From: Nitrosopumilus sp.
Lineage (GTDB): Archaea; Thermoproteota; Nitrososphaeria; Nitrososphaerales; Nitrosopumilaceae
DNA: 64,000 nucleotides
NCBI GenBank assembly: GCA_965223425.1
Contig: CBDCWS010000001.1
Span: forward strand, 32,001 to 96,000
Direction of reading: 5' to 3'
Positions 19,825 through 30,343 of this stretch are shown in pieces. Position numbers and translations under genes: made by a program. Under the pieces are notes generated by a model. The model did not search any database. It had not been told where the DNA came from and saw nothing but the letters and a program-made list of their open reading frames with translations. How positions within the stretch are numbered: the stretch's first letter is position 1; each line of letters opens with the position of its first letter.

Positions 19825-20124
19825 ATGAATGAGAAGAAAAAAGTTTTTATCTCGTGCGTAGAGGAAGACCGACCGTTTATTGAAGGATTGCATCGTGATT
19901 TAGAAAACTATGGATTTGAGACTTTCTGGTATGCAGAAGATTCGCCTGCCGGAGTAAGTTTTAAAAATCATACCGAAAAGGAAATAAACAGCTGTGATCA
20001 TTTTTTAGCGTGTTTTTCGGAAACCTCAACAAAAAAAGAACAGAGCGATATGAGAAGGGAACTGACTCTGGCATGTGAAAAACATAAAACACTGCCACTG
20101 GACACCAACTGGTTAATATGTTTA
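19825..20124 (+). pseudogene. TIR-domain protein truncated by IS982
   Basis: KVFISCVEEDRPF..L...L...GFETFW...CDHFLACFS...MRRELTLA (catalytic-position Glu present); ORF runs into the IS terminal repeat. Confidence 0.8.
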
Positions 20125-21133
20125 ACGTGGGTTCCATAAAAAATAGGAGTTTTTTAGAGAGAACTCCTTTGGTATAATAAGGTAAGCAAACCTATACCAA
20201 AAGGAGTTCTCCATGCCTATTGTATCACTTTTTTGCGAAATAGACGACTTTTTTCTGGCGTTTGAAAAATATCAGGCACGCCAGCAACTCCCCGCAACCG
20301 CGTGTGAAAAACGGGGTCGGCCCCGGAGGATGCATCCCAGCGAGGTGATGACGATCCTCGTAGACTTTCATCAAAGTCGGTATCGGACTTTCAAAGACTA
20401 TTACCTGAAACAAGTTTGCCTAGGTTTGCGGTGGGCGTTTCCAAACCTTGTCAGCTACAACCGCTTTGTTGCGCTGATGCCAGAGACACTTTTGCCGTTG
20501 TCTGTTTATCTTTACACCCGGTTCGGCACCTGCGATGGAGTTTCTTTCATGGATTCAACCCGACTCCGGGTCTGCGAGAATCGGCGTATCCCAACGCATC
20601 GCGTCTTTCTCGAACACGCTGAACGTGGCAAAACCTCGCTCGGATGGTTCTATGGGTTCAAACTTCATCTACTCATCAATACCCATGGGGATATCCTTGG
20701 GGCTGAGTTGACCCCCGGAAATATAGATGACCGGGTGCCGGTTGAAAAGTTGACGCAATCCGTGTTTGGCAAACTTTACGCCGATAAGGGATATATCTCC
20801 AAAGAGTTGCGACAGACGTTGAATAGCCAAGGGGTTGACTTGATTTACAAGGTTCGCAAGAACATGAAACCTCAACCGTTGTCCACCTATGATGAGGCGA
20901 TGCTCAAGAAGCGTATGCTCATTGAGACGGTCATTGGACAACTCAAAAGTCAGACGCAACTTGAACATACCCGTCATCGGAGTTTCCAAAACTTTCAAGT
21001 CAATAGCGTCTCAGCGTTGATTGCTTATACGTATTTGGAAAAGAAACCGACACTGAAGTTGCGAGTGATTGACGAAATCAAGCATGAGTTGCCGGGGACC
21101 GAAAAACCCTAAAACCTTTTATGGAACTCACGT
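20125..21133 (+). mobile_element. IS982-family element, intact transposase at 20213-21112
   Basis: Terminal repeats ACGTGGGTTCCATAAAA / TTTTATGGAACTCACGT; SFMDST, GWFYGFKLHL, ADKGY, KRMLIET. Confidence 0.9.
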
Positions 21134-21178
21134 TAAGAATATGAAAACCAGACCGTTGTCCGACTTCGACGCAATCCT

Positions 21179-21279
21179 TAGGACTTACACAAATTTAGGA
21201 TGTGGAGCGAGATTTTTTATTTTTAACCCCCTAAATCTCCCTTATCAGGGGGACTTCTAAACCAACTGCGTAAGTCCTA
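21179..21279. mobile_element. MITE sharing terminal repeats with the IS701-like element
   Basis: TAGGACTTAC...GCGTAAGTCCTA, same ends as 23671-24768. Confidence 0.75.
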
Positions 21280-21533
21280 TTTATTAGACATGAACGACAC
21301 GAGTCTCGCGACCTTGTTAAGATCTGTTTCATGCCACCACTCTTTGAATTCTTTAAGGCGAAATCCGCTGATTTTAGCGGCATTCTGGAAATCCGATATG
21401 TGATGCCCGAATGCCTGAATTTCAAGGGAAAGTCACATTGCTGGATTTCAAACTATGGTGAATTACCAAATAAGGGGAGTTAGGGGGTTGAGCATTGATC
21501 GAGAGGGCATAGGTAATTGTATAAAATCCACTA

Positions 21534-21775
21534 TAACTGACTAAATGTAGCGATGGGAGATGTCAACATCTCCCATCGCTACATTTGATCAGTTACGCGC
21601 ATTACGCGCATGGCCCCCTGACCGCCAGTATTTAGTTTGAATTTAGGAGGTTAATGTCATCCTAAAAAGACAGGGTGAGTTTATAACGTCATCCCAGGAC
21701 GTGCTTGAAAAAATCAAAAACCGTCTTTGAAAGTGTTTTGTTGGCAAGATTAACAAATCCTGTATTTTCTGTCAA
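21534..21775 (-). ncRNA. Candidate sRNA B with anti-SD motif
   Basis: TTGACA-17-TAATCT (extended TG), then AACCTCCTAAATTCAAACTAAA, ending in a perfect 21-bp hairpin (21543-21586). Confidence 0.45.
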
Positions 21776-21788
21776 GAAAGATGCATTA

Positions 21789-22350
21789 TAGTAAAGCCCA
21801 TAATTAATTATACACTTTTATAATTTCATCAATAGATACCTCAGCGTTGTATTGACGTATCAGCTTGATATTAGCGAAATCCTTCTCAATCGGATTCAAC
21901 TCCGGTGAGTACGGCGGTAAAAACAATAAACTCGCACCGCTACCCCGGATCAATGCCGCTGTCTCTGAACCTTTGTGGAAGGAGGCATTATCCATAATCA
22001 CAACGTATCTGTCATCTAGCAAAGGACACAACATCTCCGAAAGCCATGTATTGAATGCAACCGCATCGCAACTCCCCTCGAAAAGCACAGGCGCAGTGAA
22101 ACACCCGTCAAGTCGTGCAGCAATCAAGGTCGTGTTGCTATACCGATGACTGGGCACTTTATCTTCAACACAGACACCTTTCGGGGCATAAGCATACCGA
22201 CGGAAATCGGTTTTGCTGAAACCACTCTCGTCAATATAAACCGGCTTTTTGCCACGCTTTTCTGTCTCTTGCTGAAGTGCTGAGAGATACTCTTGGCGTT
22301 TTACCGGACACTGTTCTTTGTAGGTTTGCGTCTTTTTTTCGCGTGATATG
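21789..22350 (-). mobile_element. IS630-family 3' remnant
   Basis: YIDESGF, MDNASFH, LPPYSPELNPIE; terminal repeat TAGTAAAGCCCA like the copy at 47579. Confidence 0.85.
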
Positions 22351-22462
22351 GAGATGGACGGTATGTGGCGATACCCGTTCTGTGTACTCGATATGATCTG
22401 TTTCTATTAGAACATTTCCGACGCGTAGTTTCATTTACTTTCCTCCAAACGTGCGGACAGTC

Positions 22463-23656
22463 CTACAATGGATTTGTTTGATACGTCACACCTTCTGGAC
22501 TCGTTTTGACAGGCAAACCCATCTCAAAGGTTACCGTCTCCGAAGCAGAGACCAATCCTGTCACCTCTATTGTCAATGACGATGTGTCTGTTTCTCCAGT
22601 TGGATAGAAGAATTGGACACCGAGTGGTGGTTCAACTCTCGCAAAACCCTGAATATCTGCGCTTGTTATCTGTTTGTCATTGATCGTAATTGTTAGTCCA
22701 CTGCCTTCAAGGGTGTATGCCTCTGGTGGCGCATCGTAGTTTATCCAGATAATCCAGCCGTCATTATAGACGTGATGTGCGTCTATTTCGCCAACATTAT
22801 TTGTTTGTGGCGGTGTTTGTGGCGGTGACACAGGATTACTGGGTGGCGGTTGTTGAGTCACGACAGGCGGTTGGGTATTCACAGGCGGCGGTGTGTCATC
22901 AACGACAGGCGGATTGTTATCCGTTGGCACGAGCGGCGGCGGATCCTGTTTAGGCGGATCATCCTTAGGTGGCATCGTATTCACAGGCGGATTGTTATCC
23001 GTTGGCACGAGCGGCGGCGGATCCTGTTTAGGCGGATCATCCTTAGGTGGCATCGTATTCACAGGCGGATTGTTATCCGTTGGCACGAGCGGCGGCGGAT
23101 CCTGTTTAGGCGGATCATCCTTAGGTGGCATCGTATTCACAGGCGGATTGTTATCCGTTGGCACGAGCGGCGGCGGATCCTGTTTAGGCGGATCATCCTT
23201 AGGTGGCATCGTATTCACAGGCGGATTGTTATCCGTTGGCACAACTGGCGGGTCAGCAGTGCTATCATCGTTGCCATTATCTGAAGTATCATCACTCGGC
23301 GGTGAATCATCAAGAATTTGTGTTGGGTAGTCAAATGCTTTGCGGATGTTTGTGGTATCGGTCGCACGCTCAGCACGCAGGATCGGCTTGCCCTCATAAT
23401 AGAAGATATACACCAATTTTTGAGGGTGAACATGGATAATAGGGGCATTGATGTTTTTATCGGTGTTTTTCGGTATAAGGGTTAGGCAGACTGTTTCTAT
23501 GCCGCTTTCAAGGCAGACCTGTCCATCATCGGCGTGTGTGATATACCGGTCCACATCGTCAGGCGTGAGCATGGAATTCAGAATTGAATCACTACAGCCA
23601 GCCAGAATGAAAAGGATGATGAGAATGACGCTGATGGGGATTAGTCGGTTTTTCAT
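22463..23656 (-). CDS. Lipoprotein with Pro/Asp-rich tandem-repeat stalk
   Basis: Lipobox LAGC; 26-aa repeats; folded N- and C-terminal domains shared with the paralog at 24769-25508. Confidence 0.8.
   Translation of the reverse strand: MKNRLIPISVILIILFILAGCSDSILNSMLTPDDVDRYITHADDGQVCLESGIETVCLTLIPKNTDKNINAPIIHVHPQKLVYIFYYEGKPILRAERATDTTNIRKAFDYPTQILDDSPPSDDTSDNGNDDSTADPPVVPTDNNPPVNTMPPKDDPPKQDPPPLVPTDNNPPVNTMPPKDDPPKQDPPPLVPTDNNPPVNTMPPKDDPPKQDPPPLVPTDNNPPVNTMPPKDDPPKQDPPPLVPTDNNPPVVDDTPPPVNTQPPVVTQQPPPSNPVSPPQTPPQTNNVGEIDAHHVYNDGWIIWINYDAPPEAYTLEGSGLTITINDKQITSADIQGFARVEPPLGVQFFYPTGETDTSSLTIEVTGLVSASETVTFEMGLPVKTSPEGVTYQTNPL
22905..23242. repeat. 78-bp coding tandem repeat, about 4.3 copies
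   Basis: Units start at 22905, 22983, 23061, 23139 and 23217. Confidence 0.95.
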
Positions 23657-23670
23657 GGGTTCAGCCTCTT

Positions 23671-24768
23671 TAGGACTTACGCAGCATTAATTTTCAGCGC
23701 AGGTGATTTGAGTTGTTGACACAGATACTCAGAGAGTAATCCATGTTTGAGTTGATAAAGCGTTTGACGCGTCTCATGTGCCTTACGCATCAGATGAACC
23801 CAAACCAAAAACGCAGCAGCAATGTGATTACGAACAATACGCGCCAGACGACATTGGCATTTTTCAAGTCCTGTCAACTGTTTAGCTTCACGATGAAATT
23901 GTTCAATCTCCCAGCGCACGTCGCACACCTGCCGCACGACGGAGACATCGGATTGACTCAAGTCGTTAGTCACAACATAATCCGTGCGTCGAGAAGATGC
24001 CACCCGGAAAACTTTCACCTTGTGATTTTTTGGAAACTTGTTGAGTTTCACGCGTTTGCCAAAGGTCTGTTCAGCGGCTGTCCACTGTAGCGTGTCAATG
24101 CGTTGGTAAGGTTTGCTACCATTAGCATCGTCAACGAGACGATTGGATTTCAAGGGACAATAATACGTCTTGTCAAGACTCTCAATGTAGAGCAGCAGCG
24201 ATTTGCTGGCATACCAGGAATCCATCAACACTGTAGAAAAAGCAACATTGCGAGCGTTTACCAAGACCGAGAGCATATCTCTCACATGATCCAACTTCGA
24301 TTTACCGTCGCCTTGTTTATCGTAAATGCGATAATCAATCAACCAATATCGGTCTAACGCCCGATTGACATACACACACGTCACAAGGTTTCCGATACCG
24401 TTTATCGTTTTCCCAGCGTTGCCACTATATTGTTGTTTCGCCAAGGAGACCATCTCTTTGGCATACCGTTTGTCTAAGACAGTATCATCAAAGATCAGAC
24501 ATCCATCCGGGGTCTGTTCCAAGTGGGGTTTGACATGTTCCCAGACGTGGCGGGGTCTGAGACGGGCGTTGGCGAGATACCGGTTTATCTGATCATGACT
24601 GAATTTCTCAGAATGTTCTCCGAAATGCCTCAGCGTATAGTTAATAGGTGTGCTGAGTAAATACTGACAGTAATCAACACGTGTCGGTTTCGTCATTTTT
24701 ATTTACCTCCTCACACACCATAATAATGGATGACGGAGGATATGTCAATGAGTTTTGCGTAAGTCCTA
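23671..24768 (-). mobile_element. IS701-family element, transposase at 23677-24696
   Basis: Terminal repeats TAGGACTTACGCA / TGCGTAAGTCCTA; IFDDTVLDK, LMDSWY, RWEIEQFHRE. Confidence 0.9.
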
Positions 24769-25508
24769 AAAAGTAACGAAGGCAAGCAAATCCTGCGTGC
24801 TGAACACGTAACGGATACCACCGAGATTGTTAAAACATTGACAGAAACGACAGAAGATGTCGTGCCGTCAGATGGTGAGATGCCCGATCCCGATATTGCT
24901 CTCAATGCTGACGATACGAGTGATAACGATACCGCTGCTGCTGATACCGACGATACTCTCAAGGATCCACCAGTGGAGGCGACACCGCCGGTCTACATCC
25001 AACCACCGGTCTATATCCCGCCAGTAGCACCACCAGCAGTGCCCGACACACAAGATGATGAAGATACTCGTGATGATGATACCGACGTTACACTCGATGA
25101 TGACAAACCCGTACCCGAATCACCACCGCCACTGTCACCACCTACAGTTAAAAATCCGCCGAGTGGCGTGTCTACTGATATAGACGCCATCACGTTTATA
25201 ATGACAGCTGGATCATCTGGATAAACTACGATGCGCCACCAGATGCCTATACACTCGAAGGCAGTGGGCTCACAATCAAAATAAATGGACAAACGATGAC
25301 GAGTGGAGACTTAAGCAGCTTTGCGCGTGTGGAGGGTTCCAGCGGTCCCGGCATCCAGTTCTTTTATGAAACCGGGCAAACAGACGATTCGTCGCTAACC
25401 ATAGATGTCAAAGGTTTGGTTGCCGCAGGAAAGACGGTAACCTTTCGCATGAACTCACCTGTGGAAACATCTCCAGAAGGCGTTACCTACCAAATGAGTC
25501 CGCTATGA
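24769..25508 (+). pseudogene. 5'-truncated, frameshifted paralog of the 22463-23656 lipoprotein
   Basis: EGKQILRAEHVTDTT and QFFYETGQTDDSSLTI...ETSPEGVTYQMSPL match the paralog. Confidence 0.8.
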
Positions 25509-27308
25509 AACTACGATTAGATAAAGTCTTAATTGAAACCGATCATATCGAACACATCGAAAAAGTATCACCCCACACCGTTAAAGTCTACTTTATATCA
25601 GGGAATGTACTCAATACCTTCGCCAAATTATGATGTATTGAGTTGAGCGGGTGTATGATGAATGGTTTCCCCGATTGAACCGAGACGTTCAGCGATTTCA
25701 TCAATAACAATAGCATCAGGTTTTTGGGGCAGTATTTTTAATGTTTCGCGCAAATACTTCACGCCTCGGTAGTGTGCTTTGAGATCTAAGGTGCTACACT
25801 TGGCGTGTGCTAAACGCAAGGGTGCTAAAAGTTTCGCAGACACATTGACCATGAACATTGATAGATTCGCCGCAGTGTTCACGGGTGTCTTGTTGACATT
25901 CATAAAATCCTCTAACCCCCAATACTGTTTCGCATCGCGGAAGTTGAACTCGATTTGAAAGCGGAGTCGGTAAGAGTGAATCACTTTTTCCGCCGCCAAT
26001 GCTAAGTCAGAACTGAACAATAAGACGTGTGATTTTTTCTCCGTCAACAGATGTGTCTTGAGAATACAGACCACATTTAGTGGATCCGGGAACTTTTTAT
26101 GGCGCAACTTTGAAACCTGATAGACTTCGGTTGTAATGTTTCCTTGCGTCTCGGTAGAGACCCGGTATTTGGTATCCATCTGCTGCGGATTGAAACGCTG
26201 CCCGTAGATACGCGGGCGTCCACGTCCGGCGTAAGGCGCTGTAGCTGGAAAATAAAGGGAAACCGTATTGACGCGCAACTTTGAGATCAGTGCTAATCCA
26301 CATTCTTGCGTCATCTGTAGCGCATGATTGTCTCCAAAGTATCCATCAAGCACAAGGTAGCGCAGCGGTATCAAATCATCAATACGTCTCAGCAACGCCT
26401 TGACCATCGTTTGAAGATGTTTCAATGTATCGCTGAGCTGGACCTCCGTCTTGTCTCGGTTCCGACTTCCCTTTGGGCGTCCGCGTTTGCGTCGGGGAGC
26501 GGGTTTTGGCGGGTCCTCAGGGTGTTCAGAGGTTTCCACTGGACTTCGGAGACCGCGCGTGTCGCCACGAACGATTTGCTCCATAGCCAGTGGGTAAGAA
26601 CGCCGCTCCTTGACGCTCACTAACGATAAACTAAAGAACGCTAATCCCGGGAGCGTTTTGCCATACACAGACGAGAAAAAACGCGATAAACCGTAAGTCG
26701 ATTGACCTGATTTTGAGACCACGGTTTCGTCGCCAGCGAGGATATAGGTGCTTTCAGCATCCAGCAGATACGTCCTAAAAAACACCCAGTAAATAGGCCC
26801 CCAAGGGATAACGGTGTTGAAGAAGCGTTGGACCGTCCGGTAACTCCCGCCTTCTGATGTCCAACGTGAGATATTTAGCATGCTGACCCGCCCCGTCATC
26901 ACAAGCAATCCCAAAACCACGCGAGAAAACTGACGCACCGTGGTCGTTGATAAATGTGGATACAAAACACTAAAGACTGATAGAATGTCATACATGGGCG
27001 AAGGTCCTTTCTCAGTTATGGGTTTGGTCATTCATAACTTTAGGACGGTTGCCCTATTTATTCAACCTTTTTTGGCGAAGGTATTGGTACTTGAAGTTAT
27101 TTGCGGTGTTAAGTCAACCTCTCACATCAGAGAAGCAATAATACTCCATCATAAATTTGCCCGCACGCTCGGAATGGAAAGCGGTTTGACGGGTGTCATC
27201 AGAGTAGGATACCCTCGCTTTGCAGGTTGTGCGAGGCTTTGGCGGAAACCTTTGTTTTTCCGTGAAAACAGCCTGCTTTTATACAGAGGAAACCTTCACA
27301 ACGGATGA
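25505..27308 (+). pseudogene. Small conserved gene (MKLRLDKVLIETDHIE...) interrupted by an IS; paralog at 22350-22434; 3' end uncertain
   Basis: Removing 25612-27086 and one GTACT restores ...SGNVLEVICGVK. Confidence 0.65.
25612..27086 (-). mobile_element. IS4-superfamily (IS701/ISH3-like) element, transposase at 25628-27031
   Basis: Terminal repeats CAATACCTTCGCCAAA / TTTGGCGAAGGTATTG; 5-bp target duplication GTACT; AGDETV, VLDGYFG, YRLRFQIEFNFRDAKQ. Confidence 0.9.
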
Positions 27309-27395
27309 AATAACTATTGAACCAACCTAACCAAAATGAGGCGGTGTGCTGCGGCGCATCACCTTGTTTTTTTATACACAGAGGGGCTATACCAA

Positions 27396-27750
27396 ATGAA
27401 ATCAATCGAAGGCACTTCTAAATATCCTTTACAAGAAGCAAGGTATAAATATGCTACGGCAGTCCTTTTGTACTATGCAGCGGGATACGAGTCTCCTACT
27501 CCTGAATTATATGAATCAGCCACTCGTTTACTTGACCGAACACTAAAACTCATTCCTGATTTTTCAGATGCCTCTGATCTCAGAGAAGAAATATGGCACC
27601 GATTCCTTCGTCTATCAAAAGGCACAGATGAGCAAAATGAGCAATATAATGCCTACATTAAATCGGATGCGTGGGCTAAGAAAAGAGAAGAGAGGATGGA
27701 AACTGACGGATATACCTGTGCTTGTGGCAATCCTGCTGAAGAGGTCCATC
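27396..27750 (+). pseudogene. Helical-domain plus HNH endonuclease, truncated within the HNH motif
   Basis: YNAYIKSDAWAKKR...DGYTCACGNPAEEVH, then an IS200/605 right end. Confidence 0.7.
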
Positions 27751-28106
27751 TTGACATACTCCCCAAACTAAAGCATGGGGATTCTTGAGAGTTTCCCCAA
27801 CGCTTGGCAGATTGTGGGATCAACAAGGGTTGCTTGCGATCACAACTCTGACACCCTCTCCTCCAGAGGACAACGCCCTGCCCTCTCGCCCGAAGGCGAC
27901 TTCGTATATCTGAGAGTGCTTGTTTCGGGATGCACCTTTAAGTGTCTTTCCCATTACACTCAAGTTTTCCTCCAGTATCTATCTGGTGTCAAAGACTTCT
28001 ACCGCTTGTGTCGCAACTTTACGTGAGTCCACTCGGTATGTAGCATCAGAACGCATGCTCACAACCCCACACGCGAGCGCGTGATCGAGTTACTATGTGT
28101 ATTCTA
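27751..28106 (-). mobile_element. Non-coding IS200/IS605 derivative: long structured RNA ending in an omega-RNA-like right end
   Basis: Ends GAATCCCCATGCTTTAGTTTGGGGAGTATGTCAA; multiple hairpins; -10-like TAGAAT at 28106-28101. Confidence 0.65.
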
Positions 28107-29202
28107 ACGTGAGTTCGGAATAAAGATCTAGTTAACGGTAACCGGTAAGTCCTTGATTTCATCAAGTGCTCGCAGATTCAGTGATGGTTTTTTCTCCTGC
28201 CAAGTATAAGCAATCAACGCACATACTGTGTTGACTTGAAAGTTGACGAAACTCCGGTGGCGGGTATGTTCAAGTTGACTCTGGTTCTTTAGTTGATTAA
28301 TAACCGACTCAACGAGCATCCGCTTTTTCAGCATGACTGCGTCGAAATCCGACAAGGGTTTGGGTTTCATATGCTTACGAACCTTGTAGACTCAGAACAG
28401 ACCTTGGGTTTCTAACGCCTCAGCGAGTTTCTGGGAAATATATCCCTTATCGCCATAAAGTTTTCCAAAGAGGCGTTGGGTCAACTTTGCGACGGGTCTG
28501 CGATCGTCTATGTTTGCGGGTGTTAACGCAACCCATAGAAGTTCGCCACGTTCGTTGATAACCAGATGGAGTTTGAACCCATAGAACCATCCCAGAGAGT
28601 TTTTTGAAAGTGCTGCCTCCTCAGCTCGGAAGTTGGAGAGGTTGCGAGGCTTCGGCTCGCAACCGATATATCGGCGGTTGGCTGAAACCCAACCGCCTCT
28701 TCAACTTCCGCAGAAGACGCGATGCGCCGGGATGCGTCGGTTCTTACAGACTGCCACCGGTGTTGAGTCAATGAATGAAAGACCGCTGCACTCTCGAAAT
28801 CGCGTCTGAAGATAGACAGACAAGGGCAGCAATGCTTCTGACATGAGTTCAACGAAGCGGTTGTAGCTAACCAGGTATGGAAATGCCCATCGCAGCTGAA
28901 CCGCAACATGCTTTTGGTAATAGTGCTTGAAACTTCGATACCGACTTTGATGAAAGTCTACGAGTATCGTCATCACCTCGCTAGTATGTAGGCGTCGGGT
29001 GCGTCGGCGTTTTTTCGCTGGATCCGAAACCGGTAGCGATCGTGGCATCATTTGTTTTTCAAACGCAAGAAAAAAGTCGTCAATCTCACAGAAAAGTGAT
29101 ATAATCGGCATGGAGAATTCCTTTGGGTAATGGGTTTAGCTTACCTCATTATACCAGAGGAGTTCTCTTTATACGACACCCTATTTTTTATCGAACTCAC
29201 GT
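28107..29202 (-). mobile_element. IS982-family element with inactivated transposase
   Basis: Terminal repeats ACGTGAGTTCG at both ends; ORF broken by an 87-bp insert and a lesion near 28390. Confidence 0.9.
28626..28712. repeat. Cloverleaf palindromic insert
   Basis: Outer stem CGGAAGTTG.AGAGG/CCTCT.CAACTTCCG plus three hairpins; removal restores HRVF-AEEAALSKNSLGW, colinear with the intact IS982. Confidence 0.85.
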
Positions 29203-29303
29203 TAGTTTAACGCCTATAGATTTGAGTATACGGCTGATTACAGAGGAATCACACCTATATTTTTCTGCTATCCTAACTGTTGACTAAAGTTTGGACAATA
29301 TTA

Positions 29304-30343
29304 GACATTATAACGATTTAATTGTAGGTTTAGTTGGTTTATGATAAACTCAGAAGAAATACCGTCTTGGAGACCAACTGATGACCCGCTATGAAACACT
29401 CAAGACTAAACCAAAACGATTCCTGTCGCTGACAGGATATACACCCGAGGAGTTTTCGGCACTTCTTCCGTCCTTCTCCAAACGATTTTTAGAGTTCGTC
29501 GAAACACAGACGCTTGATGGCAAACGCCGAAAGAAGCGTCGGTACACTCTCTATAAAAACAGTTGCTTACCGAGTCGGGAAGATCAATTGCTCTTTATTT
29601 TGATTTACCTGCGAAAAGCCATGACGCAAGATGTCCTTGGTGAACTCTTCGGTATGTCTCAACCTGTCGCCAACAAATGGATTCATCGACTCTTGCCTGT
29701 GTTGAATCGTGCTTTGGCAGACCTTGGAGAGTTGCCATCACGGGAGACGACTCTCTCAACTGTTGACGCATCTACGCAGATCTCGGCTAATACTCAGGCT
29801 TTGAAACACTTTTTTTCATGATGCCACGGAACGTCCGATTCAACGTCCAAAAGACGTAGAAGCACAACAGGCACATTACAGTGGTAAAAAGAAGCAACAC
29901 ACCGTCAAGAATAACTTGATGATTAATACCGATAGCAAAGTGGTGTTATTGACGCCTTGCTATGAAGGCAGGATACACGACAAGCGCATCGCCGATATGA
30001 CGATCTATTTCCTGCCACGCGGTAGTTATTTGTATCAAGATTCAGGTTTTCAAGGTTTTTCAGTTCCGGGTGTCAAGATGATTCAACCAACGAAGAAACC
30101 CAAAGGTCGAGATCTGACGGTTCAAGAGAAAGCGAAGAATCGCGAGATTTCGTCAATACGCATACGCATTGAACACGCTATTAGTGGTATCAAAAGATAC
30201 CGTATCGTCAAAGACAAGTTGCGCAACTACAAAAAAGGATTTACCGATTTAGTCATGGAAACTTGTTGTGGGTTACACAACTTTAGATTAAACTTCAGAC
30301 CTTGGTCTTATCAGATACCTTGCGAGTAAATCATTATAATGTC
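29304..30343 (+). mobile_element. IS5-family ISL2-group element, two ORFs with probable -1 frameshift
   Basis: Terminal repeats GACATTATAA.GATTTA; TTA/TAA flanks; HDATERPIQRP, YSGKKK.HT, QDSGFQG, RIRIEHAI; T7 slippery run near 29810. Confidence 0.85.

Noticed and set aside
22905-23242. Possible CRISPR array
   Set aside because: Head-to-tail 78-bp in-frame coding repeats with no unique spacers and no cas genes; the 51936 and 5815 arrays are also too short-period.
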